From an uncultured Rhodospirillaceae bacterium (GTDB lineage Bacteria > Pseudomonadota > Alphaproteobacteria > MPNO01 > UBA830), in the NCBI GenBank assembly GCA_963977005.1, contig CAXBMQ010000004.1, forward strand, positions 32,034 to 96,033: 64,000 nt of DNA, read 5' to 3'. The notes under the pieces are model-generated. The model did no database searches. It was not told the DNA's origin and worked only from the letters and a program-made list of their open reading frames with translations. This document shows, piece after piece, positions 38,231-46,522 of this stretch (positions are counted from its first letter, which is position 1; each line of letters starts with the position of its first letter). The translations under genes and the position numbers were made by a program.

Positions 38231-39436
38231 ATGGCTCTTGTCCGTCAGCACCTGATCGATCCGGAAATCTGCATCCGATGCAATACCTGCCAGGAGGCAT
38301 GTCCGGAGGATGCGATTACCCACGACGACACGAACTACGTCATCGATTTCGAAAAATGCACGAATGCCGGCGATTGCATGCTGCAATGCCCGACCGGGGC
38401 GATCGACAGTTTCCGGATGATTGCCGAGCCCTGGTCGATTGCCGATCAGTATGGCTGGGATGCGCTGCCTGAAGACCAGGTACTGGCGCCCCCGGCATCG
38501 CAGGAAATCCCGGAAGATGTGGCGCGTATCACCGGGATCGCCTCCGAAGGCGCCGGTGGCCGGGAACTGCCGCCACTGACGGCACCGCATCCCTATGTCG
38601 GGCTATATACCCCGGACCGGCCGGCCATCGCGACGATCAGCGGCAATCTGCGTCTGACCGGCGAAGAGTCCGATGTCGATATCCGCCATATCGTTCTCGA
38701 TCTGGGAAAGACCGTCTTTCCGGTGCTCGAAGGACAGTCTATCGGAATATTGCCGCCCGGCGAGGACGCAGAGGGACGGCCGCACCATGTCCGACTGTAC
38801 TCCGTGGCCAGTCCGCGGGACGGCGAACGGCCCGGCTTCAACAACGTGGCGCTGACGATCAAGCGGATCACCAGGGATGCGGATGGCAATCCCGTTCACG
38901 GGGTCGCGTCGAACTATCTGTGCGACCTCGAAAAAGGTTCCGAAGTCCGCGTAACCGGGCCGTTCGGATCCACCTTCCTGATGCCCGACGACCCCAATGC
39001 CAAGATTATCATGATCTGTACCGGCACCGGTTCGGCACCGTTCCGGGCAATGACCGAGCGTCGCCGCCGGCACAGGTTACGCGGCGTGAACGGATCGCTG
39101 CACCTGTTCTTCGGTGCGCGTCAGCCGGACGAACTGCCGTATTTCGGGCCTTTGAAGAAACTCCCGGACAGCCTCATCGACGTGGATCTTGCGTTCTCGC
39201 GGGAGCCGGGCCGCGAACGGCAATACGTTCAGGACCGGCTGCGCGCGCGAGCAGAGGATGTCGCGCACCTGCTCGCCGATGACGAGACCTATATCTATAT
39301 CTGCGGCCATAAGCGCATGGAAGCTGGCGTCGGCGAGGCGCTTTCCGATATCTGCGCCAGTCACGGCATGCATTGGGAGACGCTGTCGAAAACGATGCGC
39401 GAGGGTGGCCGGCTGCACCTCGAAACCTATCACTAG
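38231..39436 (+). CDS. boxA: Benzoyl-CoA 2,3-epoxidase reductase component (2x4Fe-4S ferredoxin + FNR-like FAD/NADPH domain)
   Basis: [12 protein letters not shown] and [12 protein letters not shown] ferredoxin motifs, then RLYSVAS (FAD), [12 protein letters not shown] (NADPH) and YIYICG. Confidence 0.9.
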   Translation: MALVRQHLIDPEICIRCNTCQEACPEDAITHDDTNYVIDFEKCTNAGDCMLQCPTGAIDSFRMIAEPWSIADQYGWDALPEDQVLAPPASQEIPEDVARITGIASEGAGGRELPPLTAPHPYVGLYTPDRPAIATISGNLRLTGEESDVDIRHIVLDLGKTVFPVLEGQSIGILPPGEDAEGRPHHVRLYSVASPRDGERPGFNNVALTIKRITRDADGNPVHGVASNYLCDLEKGSEVRVTGPFGSTFLMPDDPNAKIIMICTGTGSAPFRAMTERRRRHRLRGVNGSLHLFFGARQPDELPYFGPLKKLPDSLIDVDLAFSREPGRERQYVQDRLRARAEDVAHLLADDETYIYICGHKRMEAGVGEALSDICASHGMHWETLSKTMREGGRLHLETYH

Positions 39437-39468
39437 GTAGCGGCTATTCCACCGCGTCCGGCCGTAGA

Positions 39469-39508
39469 GAAAAAACGGGACCGTTAGAATACGGTCCCGT
39501 TTTCTGTT
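39469..39508. terminator. Bidirectional rho-independent terminator
   Basis: Perfect 9-bp stem ACGGGACCG/CGGTCCCGT (39475..39500) with an 8-nt loop, an A-run on the left and a T-run on the right. Sits between convergent boxA and the USP gene. Confidence 0.8.
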
Positions 39509-39517
39509 TCTGAGGGT

Positions 39518-40360
39518 CTAGTGCGACAGCAGGGTCGGAACGGTGGTATGTCGCAACAGCGATTCCGTTACCCCGCCGAATACCCATTCGCGTGTCCGCG
39601 AATGACCGTATGCGCCCGAGACAATCATATCGACGCCCAGGTCGCTGGCGCGGGCCAGGATCGTATCGGCGATATCGATTCCGGCGGCCACGGTGCTGGC
39701 GGCTTCGGCATTCACGCCGTGCCGCGCCAGGTGCAGAGAGATATCCGCGCTCGGCGTGTCGCCGTGGTCGCCGCCCGATGCCTTGTGCGGATTCACGGCA
39801 AGGACGGTCACTTTTTCGGCGGATTGCAGGAAAGGCATCGCGTCGTTGACCGCGCGGGTGGCTTCACGGCTGGCGTTCCAGCAGACCAGTACGCGTGCCC
39901 CCAACGTCTCGAAGTGGCCCGCGTTCGGCACCACAAGAACCGGCCGTCCGGACGTCATCATCAGATCGGCCGGCAATTCCGGGTGCGGGTACTTTTCCGG
40001 ATCGTCGTAGTCGCCCTTGCCGACGAGAGCGAGGTCCGAATAACGGGCATGGCGTGCGACGACCGCGCTGGCGGTGCCCTGCTCAACCCGCCATTCGCCA
40101 TGAACGCCACCGGCCTCGGTGATTTTCTCGAATAATTTCTTTGCTTTCTCAGAATCTTCGAGCGCTTCCTCCCGGAACTGGTCGAAAATATCGGCCGGGA
40201 CGTACCCACCCGCCATCAAGGCCGGGGTATAGGGGTCCGGAATGGCAAACACGCCGGTGACATGGGCGTCTTTCTCGGCGGCCAGCTTGGTCGCCAGTTG
40301 AATGCGCTCAGCGGTCCGCTCCGAAGAATCTATGTGAACGACAATATCTTTTATTTCCAT
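39518..40360 (-). CDS. Tandem-domain universal stress protein
   Basis: ORF 39518..40438; ATG at 40360 (MEIKDIVVHIDSS) after AAGGAAAAG. Two Usp domains, the second ending GAYGHSRTREWVFGGVT. Confidence 0.85.
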   Translation of the reverse strand: MEIKDIVVHIDSSERTAERIQLATKLAAEKDAHVTGVFAIPDPYTPALMAGGYVPADIFDQFREEALEDSEKAKKLFEKITEAGGVHGEWRVEQGTASAVVARHARYSDLALVGKGDYDDPEKYPHPELPADLMMTSGRPVLVVPNAGHFETLGARVLVCWNASREATRAVNDAMPFLQSAEKVTVLAVNPHKASGGDHGDTPSADISLHLARHGVNAEAASTVAAGIDIADTILARASDLGVDMIVSGAYGHSRTREWVFGGVTESLLRHTTVPTLLSH

Positions 40361-40424
40361 CAGACTTTTCCTTTTGACGGTTTTGGTCGATGACTTAGTG
40401 TCGCATCCGACCGCGTCGTGATCG

Positions 40425-40438
40425 TTGATTGAAATCAA
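40425..40438. promoter_or_regulatory. Perfect FNR/FixK box TTGATTGAAATCAA
   Basis: Perfect TTGAT-N4-ATCAA, centred about 71 bp upstream of the tandem-USP ATG. Confidence 0.7.
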
Positions 40439-40483
40439 GCGGGCGATCCCGTCGCCATCGCTCTCTGGGTCATGGATGCCTGT

Positions 40484-40843
40484 CTAGATCTGCCGGTCGG
40501 CGACCGAAGCGACCCGGTAGACGTGTTCGTGGCGATCGTCCTGGATAACGGTCAGGTAATTGCCTTCGACCATATCGTGGTGTTCGAGGCCGACAATCCG
40601 TTCATCGTCATCGTCCCCCGCTTCGTATGAAAACGCCCAGGCGCCTTCATCCGTCCGGACAAGCTGGCCATGTGCGACATCCCGGCCAGGCAGAAATCGC
40701 GCAAAGGTCATAAGCTGCGCGTCCGTATGTGCGAAATCGATCTTGCCGTCGGCCGTCAGCGTCGCATGTAATTCGTATGCATCTGCCGGGTTGCCATCGG
40801 GGTTGTCCGCATTGCGGGCAAGTTCGAGGCGTATGGTTTTCAT
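40484..40843 (-). CDS. Hypothetical acidic 119-aa protein
   Basis: ORF 40484..40876; ATG at 40843 after AAAAGGAGAAA, 1 nt after the Sel1 gene stop. No motif recognised. Confidence 0.55.
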   Translation of the reverse strand: MKTIRLELARNADNPDGNPADAYELHATLTADGKIDFAHTDAQLMTFARFLPGRDVAHGQLVRTDEGAWAFSYEAGDDDDERIVGLEHHDMVEGNYLTVIQDDRHEHVYRVASVADRQI

Positions 40844-40844
40844 T

Positions 40845-41477
40845 TCAGTTTCTCCTTTTCTGGACTGGGGGTGCAAATCGCCGGCGTTCGAACGTCATCG
40901 CCGCCTCCGGCGTTAGTTTCTGTGCGAGCGCCACCTGCCCGCTGGTCATGATTTTCCGCAGGCTGACCAGAACGTCGTCGGCCTTTGCATATCCATTCAG
41001 GGATGCTTCCGACATCCACCAGTAAGACCGGACGAGGTCGCGTTTAACATAATGTCCGCGCGCCAGTACCGATCCGAGATTGAACATGGCGTGAGCGTTC
41101 TTGTTGATCGCGGCGCGCAGCCACCAGTCGATCGCGGCCTGGGGGTCGGCACGCGTCCCCCAACCCCTGAAGAGCGAAATGCCGAGATTGCACTGCGCTG
41201 CCGAATGTCCCTGCTCGGCCGCACGGCGGGTCCAGATAACAGCTTCCTCGCGGTTGCGTCTGGTACCGTTACCCGCGCGCAGCATTTCTCCGACCGCGAA
41301 TTGTGCCTGCGCGTCGCCGCGGACGGCAAAAGGCATGAGATCGTGGAACGCGGTGAAATACGCGCCTTGATTATATGCCTGGCAGGCGCGTCCATAGGAG
41401 GCTCGCTTTTCTTCGTCGTCGGCGCGCGTCGGCGATATCGCGGCAAGCATGAAAAAGAACAACAACACCAGGCGCAT
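40845..41477 (-). CDS. Secreted Sel1-repeat (TPR-like) protein
   Basis: ORF 40845..41567. I prefer Met31 (MRLVLLFFFMLAAISPTRA signal peptide), which lies 2 nt after the kinase stop. Several Sel1 repeats (AQFAVGEMLRAGNG, AQCNLGISLFRGWG, AMFNLGSVLARGH). Confidence 0.75.
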   Translation of the reverse strand: MRLVLLFFFMLAAISPTRADDEEKRASYGRACQAYNQGAYFTAFHDLMPFAVRGDAQAQFAVGEMLRAGNGTRRNREEAVIWTRRAAEQGHSAAQCNLGISLFRGWGTRADPQAAIDWWLRAAINKNAHAMFNLGSVLARGHYVKRDLVRSYWWMSEASLNGYAKADDVLVSLRKIMTSGQVALAQKLTPEAAMTFERRRFAPPVQKRRN

Positions 41478-41479
41478 GA

Positions 41480-43018
41480 CTAAGGGCTTACCTTTGCCAG
41501 GTGCAGGCTGTCGCGGACCAGGTCGCCGGCGTCGGACGAAGTGTCGGTCGTATCCATGCACTGCCACGTAATTTCGCCGGGATCACCTGCAAGTTGCTGC
41601 AGCAGGACATCCGTCGTCGCATCGGATGCGCCCTGCGGACGGTCGGCGACCCGGCGCGCAAGTTTGCCGCTATCCCCGGTCAACCAGTATCCGTTGAAGT
41701 CGACCCGGTGCGAAGCAGCCAGTTTCTCAACGGCGCTGCGGCTTTCGGCTTTCATGAAGGTGGCGTCGACAATCACGCTCGAACCCTCGGATACCAGCCG
41801 GTCTGCGCTTTCGAGCATTTCGTCGTAAACACGGTCGCTTATCTCGGGCCGGTAAAACTCGGTACCCAGACGATGGTCGGGCTCCGCGGCGTAAAGCCGT
41901 TTTCGAATAAGGTCGCTGCTCAGAACGACGGCACCGGGCGATGTTCCGATAACCGGCGCGATTTCGCCCGCCAGCGTCGATTTTCCGGTGCCGGAATATC
42001 CACCGATCGCAATGAGTCGCGGGGCGCGGTCTTCGAGCAGGGTTTCTGCAATCCGGAAGTAGTGCCGGGCGCGGCCCTCCAGGTTTTTCCGGACGTCGCT
42101 GTCCGACGTCTGGCCCGCTGACTTTGCGAGCACATGTGCGCGGATCGTGGCCCGAACGGACTGATAGAACGGCAGGACCCGTAAACCGTCAAAATCGGGG
42201 TTTCTGAACAGGTAGCGGTTGTACACGATGCTGGCAGCCCGGCGATCACCGTGTGCAAGGAGGTCCATCAGAAGGAAACCGAAATCGTACAACGTGTCGG
42301 TTGCGTTGAATGCTTCATTGAACTCGATCGCATCGAAAATCAGGGGTTTGTCGTCGACAAGGCATATATTGCCAAGGTGCAGATCGCCGTGGCATTCCCG
42401 GATCCGGTGAAGGTCTGCCCGATGTTCGATTGTGCTCTTCAGGCGCTGAAATGCCTCTTCGTGCCGCGTCGTCAGGGTTTCTATCGCCGCTGCCCCGAAG
42501 ATATCTTCGCCCGTCGCCGCGAGTTCGGTCCGATTACCCGATATGACGCCGGCGAGGGTCGCCGGAAAACCGTTCTGCTCGATAACGCGGGCCGTTCGAT
42601 GCAATTCGGCGCATTGGTCGGCGAGCGGCACCAGCAGGGATTTTTCCAGACCGTTTGCGGCCGCGAGAACATCGAATGTTTCCTGCGGATCGAACCGCTT
42701 CATTTCGACGAGCCAGTCGAGAGGCGGACCGTCGCCGCCGATGGCGAGGCGGTTTTGGGAATCCATCGTGACCGGCACGGCGCGGATATACAGTTCCGGT
42801 GCGGTACGCCGGTTGAGCGTCACCTCCCGTTCCGAGCCGCGTTTGCGGGCATCCAGGGTCGAGTAATCGAGATAGGACGTCCTTAACGCGCGTTTCAGTT
42901 TGTAGGCCCGGTTTTCCGACAGAAAGATCACTGAAATATGCGTATCGATGCGCTGCGGCGGCTTGCCGCCGAATCCTTCTCCGGCGGCAAGCCTCGATAT
43001 CAGGTCGGTCTGGTCCAT
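41480..43018 (-). CDS. Bifunctional APH-like phosphotransferase / P-loop (AAA/adenylate-kinase-like) protein
   Basis: N-terminal protein-kinase-like fold with HGDLHLGNICL and IFDAIEF...DTLYDFGFLLMDL. C-terminal Walker A GGYSGTGKSTLA. Confidence 0.7.
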   Translation of the reverse strand: MDQTDLISRLAAGEGFGGKPPQRIDTHISVIFLSENRAYKLKRALRTSYLDYSTLDARKRGSEREVTLNRRTAPELYIRAVPVTMDSQNRLAIGGDGPPLDWLVEMKRFDPQETFDVLAAANGLEKSLLVPLADQCAELHRTARVIEQNGFPATLAGVISGNRTELAATGEDIFGAAAIETLTTRHEEAFQRLKSTIEHRADLHRIRECHGDLHLGNICLVDDKPLIFDAIEFNEAFNATDTLYDFGFLLMDLLAHGDRRAASIVYNRYLFRNPDFDGLRVLPFYQSVRATIRAHVLAKSAGQTSDSDVRKNLEGRARHYFRIAETLLEDRAPRLIAIGGYSGTGKSTLAGEIAPVIGTSPGAVVLSSDLIRKRLYAAEPDHRLGTEFYRPEISDRVYDEMLESADRLVSEGSSVIVDATFMKAESRSAVEKLAASHRVDFNGYWLTGDSGKLARRVADRPQGASDATTDVLLQQLAGDPGEITWQCMDTTDTSSDAGDLVRDSLHLAKVSP

Positions 43019-43081
43019 ACTTTATATGCGCCCTTGAGCGCCGTCAGTCTGTCCGCCCGACCATTTCGGCGCCGGGAAAGA

Positions 43082-43879
43082 TCAGCTTGCCAGTTTCTGA
43101 ACTGTGTATTCCGGATCGGTCGCGGTTCCGTCCGGAATTCCGGCGAACGCGGCGAGCTCCCTCCGGTTGGTAATCTTGAGCCATCCGCGGCCCATCTCGA
43201 TGACGCCGGCGGTCTTGAGCTTGCGCAGCGTACGGCAGACATGGACAGCCGTCAGCCCGATGGCATCGCCGATGTGTTCCTGGATAAGCGGAAAGACGAC
43301 GGCCCCGTCATCGGCGCGCCCGATCGCCGACGCGGTTCGCTTTTCGATCCGGATCAGGAAATGGGCGACCGCTTCGATCGACGTCCGGCGGCCCGTATCG
43401 ACGAGATTCTCGTATGAAGCATAAAGGGCACTCTGCGAGGCTTCAAGCAACGTGATCGCGACGGTGGGCATCTCCCTGATCAGCTCGGACACGGCGTGTA
43501 CGGGAATCAGCGCAACCACCGAATCGGTGATCGCATCGACCGTCTGCGATACCTCGGCACCGTTCCAGCGATGCCCGGCAATCAGATCGCCCGGCAGGAT
43601 GAAATCAAGAATCTGGCGGCGTCCGTCTTCGAGGATCGCATTGCGGAACATCCAGCCGTCGATAACAACGAACAGGAAGTTTTCGGATTCCTCGAAAGCG
43701 CACAATTCAGCGCCTGCAGCGACATGACGGTGCTCAGTGGCCAGCTTGTTGGCAATGGCGACCAGCCGGTTGCCATCGGAGAGAAATTCGCACTGGGGAA
43801 ACGCGGTGGATGTCGAAACGCCGTTAGTCGCGATAGGTTTACCGGACCGGGTTTCGGGGACAACAATCTGAAGAGACAT
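43082..43879 (-). CDS. Crp/Fnr-family transcriptional regulator (recognition helix VHVCR, not the FNR/FixK E--SR type)
   Basis: ORF 43082..43906; ATG at 43879 after GGAGGAAAG. cNMP-binding-like beta-roll (FVVIDGWMFR...EDGRRQILDF.LPGDL). C-terminal HTH IGDAIGLTAVHVCRTLRKLKTAGVI. No N-terminal Cys cluster. Confidence 0.8.
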   Translation of the reverse strand: MSLQIVVPETRSGKPIATNGVSTSTAFPQCEFLSDGNRLVAIANKLATEHRHVAAGAELCAFEESENFLFVVIDGWMFRNAILEDGRRQILDFILPGDLIAGHRWNGAEVSQTVDAITDSVVALIPVHAVSELIREMPTVAITLLEASQSALYASYENLVDTGRRTSIEAVAHFLIRIEKRTASAIGRADDGAVVFPLIQEHIGDAIGLTAVHVCRTLRKLKTAGVIEMGRGWLKITNRRELAAFAGIPDGTATDPEYTVQKLAS

Positions 43880-44032
43880 CTGCTTTCCTCCACGGTTTGG
43901 CGTCAATTTGACGACGGCGGTGATTATGGAAAGAGATAGACGCCTGATGTATTATTCGTATGTTGACGAGGTCGGTTTTTTGTAAAGTTTTGTATGGCAG
44001 TTCGCGCTTCCCTCAACCCCAAGCTGTAAAAA

Positions 44033-44755
44033 ATGCACCATATCGCGATCGTAGACGACGATCCCACGCTTCGAAATCGGCTCAAAAAATTTCTGGAGAA
44101 AGAAGGATTTCAGGTAAGTGCCGTCGGCGACGGCGCTGCGCTGCGTGCGCTCGTCGCCGAGCAACCGCCGGAGCTTGTCCTGATGGACCTTCAGCTACCG
44201 GGTGAGGACGGACTTTCACTGACGCGTTATTTGCGTGAACGCACAGAGATCCCGGTGCTGATCCTGACCGGCAAGGGCGAGACCATCGACCGTGTTGTCG
44301 GTCTCGAAATGGGGGCCGACGACTATCTGGCGAAACCGTTCAGCCTTCGGGAGCTGCTCGCCCGTATCAAAATCATCCTGCGCCGGGTGACGCCGCGCGC
44401 GCCAGAAACGGCACGCCCGGAAGCGGCGCAACCCGCCGATTGTCTGCGTTTCGGCGACTGGGTGATCGATTTTACCGCCATCGAACTGCGCAATGCCCAG
44501 GGAGAAACCATCCATCTAACGACGGCTGAATTCAGACTCCTCGAAGCACTGGTGCGCAACCCCGGGCGAACGCTTTCCCGCGACCGGTTGATCGAAGCAA
44601 TGGCGGACAGGTCCTGGCACCCGAGCGACCGGAGCGTCGATTTGCACATCAGCCATCTTCGCAAGAAAATCGAAGGCGATACACGGAAACCGGCCCTCAT
44701 CAAAACGGTGCGCGGTTTCGGATACGTCTTTGCCGGCTCGCCCGTTGCCGTCTGA
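44033..44755 (+). CDS. OmpR-family (winged-helix) response regulator, FxkR-like by context
   Basis: Receiver domain (IAIVDDD, LVLMDLQLPGEDG, LILTGKG...YLAKPF) plus winged helix (LTTAEFRLLEALV...VDLHISHLRKKIE...IKTVRGFGY). Convergent with the hybrid FixL. Confidence 0.85.
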   Translation: MHHIAIVDDDPTLRNRLKKFLEKEGFQVSAVGDGAALRALVAEQPPELVLMDLQLPGEDGLSLTRYLRERTEIPVLILTGKGETIDRVVGLEMGADDYLAKPFSLRELLARIKIILRRVTPRAPETARPEAAQPADCLRFGDWVIDFTAIELRNAQGETIHLTTAEFRLLEALVRNPGRTLSRDRLIEAMADRSWHPSDRSVDLHISHLRKKIEGDTRKPALIKTVRGFGYVFAGSPVAV

Positions 44756-44806
44756 TGCCGCAGTTTGATGTTGCCAACTGAAGGGGCGGGTTAAAGACGC
44801 AGCACC

Positions 44807-46360
44807 CTAGTGACGCCCGTCCAGCAGTTTTCGAATGTTGTCGGCCAGTTGACGTCGGGTGAAGGGTTTGTGCAGCATCGGCGCGCCCTTGGCCATGGCT
44901 TCCTGCAGCAGGGAAGACGCCTCGGCATATCCTGTCATCAGCAGGATTTTCAGCGACGGGTACGCCTTGGATAATTCGCGAACCAGGCCCGGACCGTCCA
45001 GACCCGGCATAACGATATCGGTCAGGACCATGTCCGGTAAACCGTCTTCTTCGATCCGATCGAGTGCGCTGTGTCCGTCATGCGCGGTAGAGATCCGATA
45101 GCCCAGCGTCCGCAACGCCGACGCAGTGCGTTCGCGCAGACGATCATCGTCTTCGACCAACAGAATGTGCTCCGAGCCGACCGGCAGTTTCGGTAGATCC
45201 GCAGGGCTCTTACCATCGTGTACGGCGCCCTCTGCCCGCGGGAAACACAGATTGATCGTCGTGCCGGATCCTTCGGTGCTGTATATCGTGACACTGCCGC
45301 CGCTTTGCTTGACGAAGCCATACACCATGCTGAGGCCAAGCCCGGTCCCGTGCCGGCCTTCTTTTGTCGTGAAGAACGGCTCGAAGGCCCGTTCCACAAC
45401 GTCGGGCGGCATGCCTATCCCGGTATCGGTGAACGAGAGGCGGACATAGTCCCCCGCCGTCATCTGATCGAATGCCGGTTCGTCTGCCTCCTCCAGCGTC
45501 AGGTTCTCGCAGGTGATGGCGAGTTTTCCGCCCTCCGGCATCGCATCCCGCGCATTAATCGCCAGATTGATCAGGGTGTTTTCAAGTTGTCCGCGGTCGA
45601 TCATGACCGGCCACAGGTTTTGCGGTCCCGACGTATCGATCCGAATGCCCGCGCCCAGCGTCCGCCGGAGAAGCTCCGTGATCGACAGCACCATCTCGTT
45701 GATATTCGTTGCGGACGGCACAAGTGTCTGACGCCGTGAAAACGCGAGCAGGCGTTGCGTCAGGTCGGCGCCCGTACGGGTGACATCGAGCGCCTCGGAC
45801 ACAAGCTCGGTGCTTTCCGGGTCGTCTTCCGTCAAGTCTGCGAGCATTTCGAGGTCCATCGTCAGGATTGCCAGCAGATTGTTGAAATCGTGCGCAACGC
45901 CGCCCGTCAACTGGCCGATCGCTTCCATTTTCGATGCCTGTAACAACTGGTTCTCGATCGTCCGCCGCTGGGTAATATCGCGAACGATGCCAACGAAGTT
46001 CCGCGTACCGCCGTCGGGCATGTCGCCGACCGACAGTTCCATCGGAAACGTCGTGCCGTCTTTGCGCATGCCGGTAACTTCGCGGCCGATCCCGATGATC
46101 TTTGCATCACCTGTCGCCATATAGTTCCACAAATAGCCGTCATGGGCCGACCTGTATGGCTCCGGCATCAGGATGGAAACGTTTGCGCCCTGTACTTGCC
46201 CGGCACGGTACTGGAAGATTCTCTCGGCCGCCGGGTTAAAATCGAGAATAGTGCCATCTTCGTCGATAATGATGAGGGCATCGACGCAGTTGTCCATCAG
46301 GGACCGGAAACGCCCCCTAGCTTCCGTCAATTCCTTCCGAAGTTTTTCGATTTCGTTCAT
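44807..46360 (-). CDS. fixL: Soluble hybrid oxygen-sensor histidine kinase FixL (haem-PAS, HisKA, HATPase, receiver)
   Basis: ORF 44807..46441; ATG at 46360 (MNEIEKL). Haem-PAS signature ILMPEPYRSAHDGYLWNYMATGDAKIIGIGREVTGMRKDGTTFPMELSVGDM with the proximal His at codon 46142..46144. H-box GGVAHDFNNLL, plus N and G boxes. C-terminal receiver (ILLVEDD...MVLTDIVMPGLDG...HKPF). Confidence 0.85.
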   Translation of the reverse strand: MNEIEKLRKELTEARGRFRSLMDNCVDALIIIDEDGTILDFNPAAERIFQYRAGQVQGANVSILMPEPYRSAHDGYLWNYMATGDAKIIGIGREVTGMRKDGTTFPMELSVGDMPDGGTRNFVGIVRDITQRRTIENQLLQASKMEAIGQLTGGVAHDFNNLLAILTMDLEMLADLTEDDPESTELVSEALDVTRTGADLTQRLLAFSRRQTLVPSATNINEMVLSITELLRRTLGAGIRIDTSGPQNLWPVMIDRGQLENTLINLAINARDAMPEGGKLAITCENLTLEEADEPAFDQMTAGDYVRLSFTDTGIGMPPDVVERAFEPFFTTKEGRHGTGLGLSMVYGFVKQSGGSVTIYSTEGSGTTINLCFPRAEGAVHDGKSPADLPKLPVGSEHILLVEDDDRLRERTASALRTLGYRISTAHDGHSALDRIEEDGLPDMVLTDIVMPGLDGPGLVRELSKAYPSLKILLMTGYAEASSLLQEAMAKGAPMLHKPFTRRQLADNIRKLLDGRH

Positions 46361-46522
46361 GCCGGGACGTTTTCTTATGCGGTTGCAGGCCCTGTTTCCC
46401 TGCGCCGGGCACAAGGTGCGGTAATACCGGCTGGATATCAATACGGCGCGAAAGAGCCAATCGGTGTTTCGCCGTCAGTTACATCCGGGCGCCGGCGTTG
46501 ACGGTATGCCCCGGTCCGGCGT

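Noticed and set aside
35813-38590. 925-aa minus-strand ORF spanning DUF2189, the intergenic region and boxB
   Set aside because: It is antisense to boxB, which has very strong family signatures, and out of frame with DUF2189. It has no domain content.
43034-43047. Degenerate FixK-like sequence TTGAGCGCCGTCAG upstream of the kinase gene
   Set aside because: It has three mismatches to TTGAT-N4-ATCAA and lies only about 16 bp from the ATG at 43018. That is too close for class II activation. Co-transcription with the upstream Crp/Fnr gene is more likely.
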